From the human T2T-CHM13v2.0 reference genome, Homo sapiens: a stretch of DNA of 64,000 nt. The notes under the pieces were generated by a model. That model had not been told where the DNA came from. It made no database searches and worked only from the letters and a program-made list of their open reading frames with translations. Each line of letters opens with the position of its first letter. The stretch's first letter is position 1. Positions 40,901 to 52,900 of this stretch are shown piece by piece. Position numbers and translations under genes: made by a program. The stretch is from the NCBI RefSeq assembly GCF_009914755.1, contig NC_060943.1. One strand, written 5' to 3'.

Positions 40901-43900
40901 TGGAAACGGGATTTCTTCATATTCTGCTAGAAAGAAGAATTCTCAGTAACTTCCTTGTGTTGTGTGTATTCAACTCACAGAGTTGAACGATCCTTTACAC
41001 AGAGCAGACTTGAAACACTCTTTTTGTGGAATTTGCAAGTGGAGATTTCAGCCGCTTTGAGTTCAATGGTAGAATAGGAAATATCTTCCTATAGAAACTA
41101 GACAGAATGATTCTCAGAAACTCCTTTGTGATGTGTGCGTTCAACTCACAGAGTTCAACCTTTCTTTTAATAGAGCAGTTGGGAAACACTCTGTTTGTAA
41201 ATTCTGCAAGTGGATATTCAGACTTCTTTGAGGCCTTCGTTGGAAGCAGGATTTCTTCATATTCTGCTAGACAGAAGAATTCTCAGTAACTGCCTTGTGT
41301 TGTGTGTATTCAACTCACAGAGTTGAACGATCCTTTACACAGAGCAGACTTGAAACACTCTTTTTGTGGAATTTGCAAGTGGAGATTTCAGCCGCTTTGA
41401 GGTCAATGGTAGAATAGGAAATATCTTCCTATAGAAACTAGACAGAATGATTCTCAGAAACTCCTTTGTGATGTGTGCGTTCAACTCACAGAGTTCAACC
41501 TTTCTTTTCATAGAGCAGTTGGGAAACACTCTGTTTGTAAAGTCTGCAAGTGGATATTCAGACTTCTTTGAGGCCTTCGTTGGAAGCGGGATTTCTTCAT
41601 ATTCTGCTAGACAGAAGAATTCTCAGTAACTGCCTTGTGTTGTGTGTATTCAACTCACAGAGTTGAACGATCCTTTACACAGAGCAGACTTGAAACACTC
41701 TTTTTGTGGAATTTGCAAGTGGAGATTTCAGCCGCTTTGAGGTCAATGGTAGAATAGGAAATATCTTCCTATAGAAACTAGACAGAATGATTCTCAGAAA
41801 CTCCTTTGTGATGTGTGCGTTCAACTCACAGAGTTTAACCTTTCTTTTCATAGAGCAGTTAGGAAACACTCTGTTTGTAAAGTCTGCAAGTGGATATTCA
41901 GACATCCTTGAGGCTTTCGTTGGAAACGGGATTTCTTCATATTCTGCTAGAAAGAAGAATTCTCAGTAACTTCCTTGTGTTGTGTGTATTCAACTCACAG
42001 AGTTGAACGAACCTTTACACAGAGCAGACTTGAAACACTCTTTTTGTGGAATTTGCAAGTGGAGATTTCAGCCGCTTTGAGGTCAATGGTAGAATAGGAA
42101 ATATCTTCCTATAGAAACTAGACAGAATGATTCTCAGAAACTCCTTTGTGATGTGTGCGTTCAACTCACAGAGTTTAACCTTTCTTTTCATAGAGCAGTT
42201 AGGAAACACTCTGTTTGTAAAGTCTGCAAGTGGATATTCAGACCTCCTTGAGGCCTTCGTTGGAAACGGGATTTCTTCATATTATGCTAGACAGAAGAAT
42301 TCTCAGTAACTTCCTTGTGTTGTGTGTATTCAACTCACAGAGTTGAACGATCCTTTACACAGAGCAGACTTGAAACACTCTTTTTGTGGAATTTGCAAGT
42401 GGAGATTTCAGCCGCTTTGAGGTCAATGGTAGAATAGGAAATATCTTCCTATAGAAACTAGACAGAATGATTCTCAGAAACTCCTTTGTGATGTGTGCGT
42501 TCAACTCACACACTTTAACCTTTCTTTTCATAGAGCAGTTAGGAAACACTCTGTTTGTAAAGTCTGCAAGTGGATATTCAGACCTCTTTGAGGCATTCGT
42601 TGGAAACGGGATTTCTACATATTATGCTAGACAGAAGAATTCTCAGTAACTTCCTTGTGTTGTGTGTATTCAACTCACAGAGTTGAACGATCCTTTACAC
42701 AGAGCAGACTTGAAACACTCTTTTTGTGGATTTTGCAAGTGGAGATTTCAGCCGCTTTGAGTTCAATGGTAGAATAGGAAATATCTTCCTATAGAAACTA
42801 GACAGAATGATTCTCAGAAACTCCTTTGTGATGTGTGCGTTCAACTCACAGAGTTCAACCTTTCTTTTCATAGAGCAGTTGGGAAACACTCTGTTTGTAA
42901 AGTCTGCAAGTGGATATTCAGACTTCTTTGAGGCCTTCGTTGGAAGCGGGATTTCTTCATGTTCAGCTAGACAGAAGAATTCTCAGAAACTTCCTTGTGT
43001 TGTGTGTATTCAACTCACAGAGTTGAACGATCCTTTACACAGAGCAGACTTGAAACACTCCTTTTGTGGAATTTGCAAGTGGAGATTTCAGCCGCTTTGA
43101 GGTCAATGGTAGAATAGGAAATATCTTCCTATAGAAACTAGACAGAATGATTCTCAGAAACTCCTTTGTGATGTGTGCGTTCAACTCACAGAGTTTAACC
43201 TTTCTTTTCATAGAGCAGTTAGGAAACACTCTGTTTGTAAAGTCTGCAAGTGGATATTCAGACATCCTTGAGGCTTTCGTTGGAAACGGGATTTCTTCAT
43301 ATTCTGCCAGAAAGAAGAATTCTCAGTAACTTCCTTGTGTTGTGTGTATTCAACTCACAGAGTTGAACGATCCTTTACACAGAGCAGACTTGAAACACTC
43401 TTTTTGTGGAATTTGCAAGTGGAGATTTCAGCCGCTTTGAGGTCAATGGTAGAATAGGAAATATCTTCCTATAGAAACTAGACAGAATGATTCTCAGAAA
43501 CTCCTTTGTGATGTGTGCGTTCAACTCACAGAGTTTAACCTTTCTTTTCATAGAGCAGTTGGGAAACACTCTGTTTGTAAAGTCTGCAAGTGGATATTCA
43601 GACCTCCTTGAGGCCTTCGTTGGAAGCGGGATTTCTTCATGTTCTGCTAGACAGAAGAATTCTCAGAAACTTCCTTGTGTTGTGTGTTTTCAACTCACAG
43701 AGTTGAACGATCCTTTACACAGAGCAGACTTGAAACACTCCTTTTGTGGAATTTGCAAGTGGAGATTTCAGCCGCTTTGAGGTCAATGGTAGAAAAGGAA
43801 ATATCTTCGTATAAAAACTAGACAGAATGATTCTCAGAAACTCCTTTGTGATGTGTGCGTTCAACTCACAGATTTTAACCTTTCTTTTCATAGAGCAGTT

Positions 43901-46900
43901 AGGAAACACTCTGTTTGTAAAGTCTGCAAGTGGATATTCAGACCTCCTTGAGGCCTTCGTTGGAAACGGGATTTCTTCATATTATGCTAGACAGAAGAAT
44001 TCTCAGTAACTTCCTTGTGTTGTGTGTATTCAACTCACAGAGTTGAACGATCCTTTACACAGAGCAGACTTGAAACACTCTTTTTGTGGAATTTGCAAGT
44101 GGAGATTTCAGCCGCTTTGAGGTCAATGGTAGAATAGGAAATATCTTCCTATAGAAACTAGACAGAATGATTCTCAGAAACTCCTTTGTGATGTGTGCGT
44201 TCAACTCACACAGTTTAACCTTTCTTTTCATAGAGCAGTTAGGAAACACTCTGTTTGTAAAGTCTGCAAGTGGATATTCAGACCTCCTTGAGGCATTCGT
44301 TGGAAACGGGATTTCTTCATATTATGCTAGACAGAAGAATTCTCAGTAACTTCTTGTGGTGTGTGTATTCAACTCACAGAGTTGAACGATCCTTTACACA
44401 GAGCAGACTTGAAACACTCTTTTTGTGGAATTTGCAAGTGGAGATTTCAGCCGCTTTGAGTTCAATGGTAGAATAGGAAATATCTTCCTGTAGAAACTAG
44501 ACAGAATGATTCTCAGAAACTCCTTTGTGATGTGTGCGTTCAACTCACAGAGTTCAACCTTTCTTTTCATAGAGCAGTTGGGAAACACTCTGTTTGTAAA
44601 GTCTGCAAGTGGATATTCACACTTCTTTGAGGCCTTCGTTGGAAGCGGGATTTCTTCATGTTCTGCTAGACAGAAGAATTCTCAGTAACTGCCTTGTGTT
44701 GTGTGTATTCAACTCACAGAGTTGAACGATCCTTTACACAGAGCAGACTTGAAACACTCCTTTTGTGGAATTTGCAAGTGGAGATTTCAGCCGCTTTGAG
44801 GTCAATGGTAGAATAGGAAATATCTTCCTATAGAAACTAGACAGAATGATTCTCAGAAACTCCTTTGTGATGTGTGCGTTCAACTCACAGAGTTTAACCT
44901 TTCTTTTCATAGAGCAGTTAGGAAACACTCTGTTTGTAAAGTCTGCAAGTGGATATTCAGACATCCTTGAGGCTTTCGTTGGAAACGGGATTTCTTCATA
45001 TTCTGCTAGAAAGAAGAATTCTCAGTAACTTCCTTGTGTTGTGTGTATTCAACTCACAGAGTTGAACGATCCTTTACACAGAGCAGACTTGAAACACTCT
45101 TTTTGTGGAATTTGCAAGTGGAGATTTCAGCCGCTTTGAGGTCAATGTTAGAATAGGAAATATCTTCCTATAGAAACTAGACAGAATGATTCTCAGAACC
45201 TCCTTTGTGATGTGTGCGTTCAACTCACAGAGTTTAACCTTTCTTTTCATAGAGCAGTTAGGAAACACTCTGTTTGTAAAGTCTGCAAGTGGATATTCAG
45301 ACATCCTTGAGGCTTTCGTTGGAAACGGGATTTCTTCATATTCTGCTAGAAAGAAGAATTCTCAGTAACTTCCTTGTGTTGTGTGTATTCAACTCACAGA
45401 GTTGAACGATCCTTTACACAGAGCAGACTTGAAACACTCTTTTTGTGGAATTTGCAAGTGGAGATTTCAGCCGCTTTGAGGTCAATGGTAGAATAGGAAA
45501 TATCTTCCTATAGAAACTAGACAGAATGATTCTCAGAAACTCCTTTGTGATGTGTGCGTTCAACTCACAGAGTTTAACCTTTCTTTTCATAGAGCAGTTG
45601 GGAAACACTCTGTTTGTAAAGTCTGCAAGTGGATATTCAGACCTCCTTGAGGCTTTCGTTGGAAACGGGATTTCTTCATATTCTGCTAGAAAGAAGAATT
45701 CTCAGTAACTTCCTTGTGTTGTGTGTATTCAACTCACAGAGTTGAACGATCCTTTACACAGAGCAGACTTGAAACACTCTTTTTGTGGAATTTGCAAGTG
45801 GAGATTTCAGCCGCTTTGAGGTCAATGGTAGAATAGGAAATATCTTCCTATAGAAACTAGACAGAATGATTCTCAGAAACTCCTTTGTGATGTGTGCGTT
45901 CAACTCACAGAGTTTAACCTTTCTTTTCATAGAGCAGTTAGGAAACACTCTGTTTGTAAAGTCTGCAAGTGGATATTCAGACATCTTTGAGGCCTTCGTT
46001 GGAAACGGGATTTCTTCATGTTCTGCTAGACAGAAGAATTCTCAGAAACTTCCTTGTGTTGTGTGTTTTCAACTCACAGAGTTGAACGATGCTTTACACA
46101 GAGTAGACTTGAAACACTCTTTTTGTGTAATTTGCAAGTGGAGATTTCAGCCGCTTTGAGGTCAATGGTAGAAAAGGAAATATCTTCGTATAAAAACTAG
46201 ACAGAATGATTCTCAGAAACTCCTTTGTGATGTGTGCGTTCAACTCACAGAGTTTAACCTTTCTTTTCATAGAGCAGTTAGGAAACACTCTGTTTGTAAA
46301 GTCTGCAAGTGGATATTCAGACCTCCTTGAGGCCTTCGTTGGAAACGGGATTTCTTCATATTATGCTAGACAGAAGAATTCTCAGTAACTTCCTTGTGTT
46401 GTGTGTATTCAACTCACAGAGTTGAACGATCCTTTACACAGAGCAGACTTGAAACACTCTTTTTGTGGAATTTGCAAGTGGAGATTTCAGCCGCTTTGAG
46501 GTCAATGGTAGAATAGGAAATATCTTCCTATAGAAACTAGACAGAATGATTCTCAGAAACTCCTTTGTGATGTGTGCGTTCAACTCACACAGTTTAACCT
46601 TTCTTTTCATAGAGCAGTTAGGAAACACTCTGTTTGTAAAGTCTGCAAGTGGATATTCAGACCTCCTTGAGGCATTCGTTGGAAACGGGATTTCTTCATA
46701 TTATGCTAGACAGAAGAATTCTCAGTAACTTCCTTGTGTTGTGTGTATTCAACTCACAGAGTTGAACGATCCTTTACACAGAGCAGACTTGAAACACTCT
46801 TTTTGTGGAATTTGCAAGTGGAGATTTCAGCCGCTTTGAGTTCAATGGTAGAATAGGAAATATCTTCCTATAGAAACTAGACAGAATGATTCTCAGAAAC

Positions 46901-49900
46901 TCCTTTGTGATGTGTGCGTTCAACTCACAGAGTTCAACCTTTCTTTTCATAGAGCAGTTGGGAAACACTCTGTTTGTAAAGTCTGCAAGTGGATATTCAG
47001 ACTTCTTTGAGGCCTTCGTTGGAAGCGGGATTTCTTCATGTTCAGCTAGACAGAAGAATTCTCAGAAACTTCCTTGTGTTGTGTGTTTTCAACTCACAGA
47101 GTTGAACGATCCTTTACACAGAGCAGACTTGAAACACTCCTTTTGTGGAATTTGCAAGTGGAGATTTCAGCCGCTTTGAGGTCAATGGTAGAATAGGAAA
47201 TATCTTCCTATAGAAACTAGACAGAATGATTCTCAGAAACTCCTTTGTGATGTGTGCGTTCAACTCACAGAGTTTAACCTTTCTTTTCATAGAGCAGTTA
47301 GGAAACACTCTGTTTGTAAAGTCTGCAAGTGGATATTCAGACATCCTTGAGGCTTTCGTTGGAAACGGGATTTCTTCATATTCTGCTAGAAAGAAGAATT
47401 CTCAGTAACTTCCTTGTGTTGTGTGTATTCAACTCACAGAGTTGAACGATCCTTTACACAGAGCAGACTTGAAACACTCTTTTTGTGGAATTTGCAAGTG
47501 GAGATTTCAGCCGCTTTGAGTTCAATGGTAGAATAGGAAATATCTTCCTATAGAAACTAGACAGAATGATTCTCAGAAACTCCTTTGTGATGTGTGCGTT
47601 CAACTCACAGAGTTTAACCTTTCTTTTCATAGAGCAGTTGGGAAACACTCTGTTTGTAAAGTCTGCAAGTGGATATTCAGACATCCTTGAGGCTTTCGTT
47701 GGAAACGGGATTTCTTCATATTCTGCTAGAAAGAAGAATTCTCAGTAACTTCCTTGTGTTGTGTGTATTCAACTCACAGAGTTGAACGATCCTTTACACA
47801 GAGCAGACTTGAAACACTCTTTTTGTGGAATTTGCAAGTGGAGATTTCAGCCGCTTTGAGTTCAATGGTAGAATAGGAAATATCTTCCTATAGAAACTAG
47901 ACAGAATGATTCTCAGAAACTCCTTTGTGATGTGTGCGTTCAACTCACAGAGTTCAACCTTTCTTTTAATAGAGCAGTTGGGAAACACTCTGTTTGTAAA
48001 TTCTGCAAGTGGATATTCAGACTTCTTTGAGGCCTTCGTTGGAAGCGGGATTTCTTCATATTCTGCTAGACAGAAGAATTCTCAGTAACCTCCTTGTGTT
48101 GTGTGTATTCAACTCACAGAGTTGAACGACCCTTTACACAGAGCAGACTTGAAACACTCTTTTTGTGGAATTTGCAAGTGGAGATTTCAGCCGCTTTGAG
48201 GTCAATGGTAGAATAGGAAATATCTTCCTATAGAAACTAGACAGAATGATTCTCAGAAACTCCTTTGTGATGTGTGCGTTCAACTCACAGAGTTTAACCT
48301 TTCTTTTCATAGAGCAGTTAGGAAACACTCTGTTTGTAAAGTCTGCAAGTGGATATTCAGACATCCTTGAGGCTTTCGTTGGAAACGGGATTTCTTCATG
48401 TTCTGCTAGACAGAAGAATTCTCAGTAACTGCCTTGTGTTGTGTATATTCAACTCACAGAGTTGAACGATCCTTTACACAGAGCAGACTTGAAACACTCC
48501 TTTTGTGGAATTTGCAAGTGGAGATTTCAGCCGCTTTGAGGTCAATGGTAGAATAGGAAATATCTTCCTATAGAAACTAGACAGAATGATTCTCAGAAAC
48601 TCCTTTGTGATGTGTTCGTTCAACTCACAGAGTTTAACCTTTCTTTTCATAGAGCAGTTAGGAAACACTCTGTTTGTAAAGTCTGCAAGTGGATATTCAG
48701 ACATCCTTGAGGCTTTCGTTGGAAACGGGATTTCTTCATATTCTGCTAGAAAGAAGAATTCTCAGTAACTTCCTTGTGTTGTGTGTATTCAGCTCACGGA
48801 GTTGAACGATCCTTTACACAGAGCAGACTTGAAACACTCTTTTTGTGGAATTTGCAAGTGGAGATTTCAGCCGCTTTGAGGTCAATGGTAGAATAGGAAA
48901 TATCTTCCTATAGAAACTAGACAGAATGATTCTCAGAAACTCCTTTGTGATGTGTGCGTTCAACTCACAGAGTTTAACCTTTCTTTTCATAGAGCAGTTA
49001 GGAAACACTCTGTTTGTAAAGTCTGCAAGTGGATATTCAGACCTCCTTGAGGCCTTCGTTGGAAACGGGATTTCTTCATATTATGCTAGACAGAAGAATT
49101 CTCAGTAACTTCCTTGTGTTGTGTGTATTCAACTCACAGAGTTGAACGATCCTTTACACAGAGCAGACTTGAAACACTCTTTTTGTGGAATTTGCAAGTG
49201 GAGATTTCAGCCGCTTTGAGGTCAATGGTAGAATAGGAAATATCTTCCTATAGAAACTAGACAGAATGATTCTCAGAAACTCCTTTGTGATGTGTGCGTT
49301 CAACTCACAGAGTTCAACCTTTCTTTTCATAGAGCAGTTGGGAAACACTCTGTTTGTAAAGTCTGCAAGTGGATATTCAGACTTCTTTGAGGCCTTCGTT
49401 GGAAGCGGGATTTCTTCATATTCTGCTAGACAGAAGAATTCTCAGTAACTGCCTTGTGTTGTGTGTATTCAACTCACAGAGTTGAACGATCCTTTACACA
49501 GAGCAGACTTGAAACACTCTTTTTGTGGAATTTGCAAGTGGAGATTTCAGCCGCTTTGAGGTCAGTGGTAGAATAGGAAATATCTTCCTATAGAAACTAG
49601 ACAGAATGATTCTCAGAAACTCCTTTGTGATGTGTGCGTTCAACTCACAGAGTTTAACCTTTCTTTTCATAGAGCAGTTAGGAAACACTCTGTTTGTAAA
49701 GTCTGCAAGTGGATATTCAGACCTCCTTGAGGCCTTCGTTGGAAACGGGATTTCTTCATATTATGCTAGACAGAAGAATTCTCAGTAACTTCCTTGTGTT
49801 GTGTGTATTCAACTCACAGAGTTGAACGATCCTTTACACAGAGCAGACTTGAAACACTCTTTTTGTGGAATTTGCAAGTGGAGATTTCAGCCGCTTTGAG

Positions 49901-52900
49901 GTCAATGGTAGAATAGGAAATATCTTCCTATAGAAACTAGACAGAATGATTCTCAGAAACTCCTTTGTGATGTGTGCGTTCAACTCACAGAGTTCAACCT
50001 TTCTTTTCATAGAGCAGTTGGGAAACACTCTGTTTGTAACGTCTGCAAGTGGATATTCAGACTTCTTTGAGGCCTTCGTTGGAAGCGGGATTTCTTCATA
50101 TTCTGCTAGGCAGAAGAATTCTCAGTAACTGCCTTGTGTTGTGTGTATTCAACTCACAGAGTTGAACGATCCTTTACACAGAGCAGACTTGAAACACTCT
50201 TTTTGTGGAATTTGCAAGTGGAGATTTCAGCCGCTTTGAGGTCAATGGTAGAATAGGAAATATCTTCCTATAGAAACTAGACAGAATGATTCTCAGAAAC
50301 TCCTTTGTGATGTGTGCGTTCAACTCACACAGTTTAACCTTTCTTTTCATAGAGCAGTTAGGAAACACTCTGTTTGTAAAGTCTGCAAGTGGATATTCAG
50401 ACCTCCTTGAGGCCTTCGTTGGAAACGGGATTTCTTCATATTATGCTAGACAGAAGAATTCTCAGTAACTTCCTTGTGTTGTGTGTATTCAACTCACAGA
50501 GTTGAACGATCCTTTACACAGAGCAGACTTGAAACACTCTTTTTGTGGAATTTGCAAGTGGAGATTTCAGCCGCTTTGAGTTCAATGGTAGAATAGGAAA
50601 TATCTTCCTATAGAAACTAGACAGAATGATTCTCAGAAACTCCTTTGTGATGTGTGCGTTCAACTCACAGAGTTCAACCTTTCTTTTCATAGAGCAGTTG
50701 GGAAACACTCTGTTTGTAAAGTCTGCAAGTGGATATTCAGACTTCTTTGAGGCCTTCGTTGGAAGCGGGATTTCTTCATATTCTGCTAGACAGAAGAATT
50801 CTCAGAAACTTCCTTGTGTTGTGTGTTTTCAACTCACAGAGATGAACGATCCTTTACACAGAGCAGACTTGAAACACTCCTTTTGTGGAATTTGCAAGTG
50901 GAGATTTCAGCCGCTTTGAGGTCAATGGTAGAATAGGAAATATCTTCCTATAGAAAGTAGACAGAATGATTCTCAGAAACTCCTTTGTGATGTGTGCGTT
51001 CAACTCACAGAGTTTAACCTTTCTTTTCATAGAGCAGTTAGGAAACACTCTGTTTGTAAAGTCTGCCAGTGGATATTCAGACATCCTTGAGGCCTTCGTT
51101 GGAAACGGGATTTCTTCATATTATGCTAGACAGAAGAATTCTCAGTAACTTCCTTGTGTTGTGTGTATTCAACTCACAGAGTTGAACGATCCTTTACACA
51201 GAGCAGACTTGAAACACTCTTTTTGTGGAATTTGCAAGTGGAGATTTCAGCCGCTTTGAGTTCAATGGTAGAATAGGAAATATCTTCCTATAGAAACTAG
51301 ACAGAATGATTCTCAGAAACTCCTTTGTGATGTGTGCGTTCAACTCACAGAGTTCAACCTTTCTTTTCATAGAGCAGTTGGGAAACACTCTGTTTGTAAA
51401 GTCTGCAAGTGGATATTCAGACTTCTTTGAGGCCTTCGTTGGAAGCGGGATTTCTTCATATTCTGCTAGACAGAAGAATTCTCAGTAACTGCCTTGTGTT
51501 GTGTGTATTCAACTCACAGAGTTGAACGATTCTTTACACAGAGCAGACTTGAAACACTCTTTTTGTGGAATTTGCAAGTGGAGATTTCAGCCGCTTTGAG
51601 GTCAATGGTAGAATAGGAAATATCTTCCTATAGAAACTAGACAGAATGATTCTCAGAAACTCCTTTGTGATGTGTGCGTTCAACTCACAGAGTTTAACCT
51701 TTCTTTTCATAGAGCAGTTAGGAAACACTCTGTTTGTAAAGTCTGCAAGTGGATATTCAGACATCCTTGAGGCTTTCGTTGGAAACGGGATTTCTTCATA
51801 TTCTGCTAGAAAGAAGAATTCTCAGTAACTTCCTTGTGTTGTGTGTATTCAACTCACAGAGTTGAACGATCCTTTACACAGAGCAGACTTGAAACACTCT
51901 TTTTGTGGAATTTGCAAGTGGAGATTTCAGCCGCTTTGAGGTCAATGGTAGAATAGGAAATATCTTCCTATAGAAACTAGACAGAATGATTCTCAGAAAC
52001 TCCTTTGTGATGTGTGCGTTCAACTCACAGAGTTTAACCTTTCTTTTCATAGAGCAGTTGGGAAACACTCTGTTTGTAAAGTCTGCAAGTGGATATTCAG
52101 ACCTCCTTGAGGCTTTCGTTGGAAACGGGATTTCTTCATATTCTGCTAGAAAGAAGAATTCTCAGTAACTTCCTTGTGTTGTGTGTATTCAACTCACAGA
52201 GTTGCACGATCCTTTACACAGAGCAGACTTGAAACACTCTTTTTGTGGAATTTGCAAGTGGAGATTTCAGCCGCTTTGAGTTCAATGGTAGAATAGGAAA
52301 TATCTTCCTATAGAAACTAGACAGAATGATTCTCAGAAACTCCTTTGTGATGTGTGCGTTCAACTCACAGAGTTCAACCTTTCTTTTCATAGAGCAGTTG
52401 GGAAACACTCTGTTTGTAAAGTCTGCAAGTGGATATTCAGACTTCTTTGAGGCCTTCGTTGGAAGCGGGATTTCTTCATGTTCTGCTAGACAGAAGAATT
52501 CTCAGAAACTTCCTTGTGTTGTGTGTTTTCAACTCACAGAGTTGAACGATCCTTTACACAGAGCAGACTTGAAACACTCCTTTTGTGGAATTTGCAAGTG
52601 GAGATTTCAGCCGCTTTGAGGTCAATGGTAGAATAGGAAATATCTTCCTATAGAAAGTAGACAGAATGATTCTCAGAAACTCCTTTGTGATGTGTGCGTT
52701 CAACTCACAGAGTTTAACCTTTCTTTTCATAGAGCAGTTAGGAAACACTCTGTTTTTAAAGTCTTCAAGTGGATATTCAGACCTCCTTGAGGCCTTCGTT
52801 GGAAACGGGATTTCTTCATATTATGCTAGACAGAGGAATTCTCAGGAACTTCCTTGTGTTGTGTGTATTCAACTCACAGAGTTGAACGATCCTTTACACA

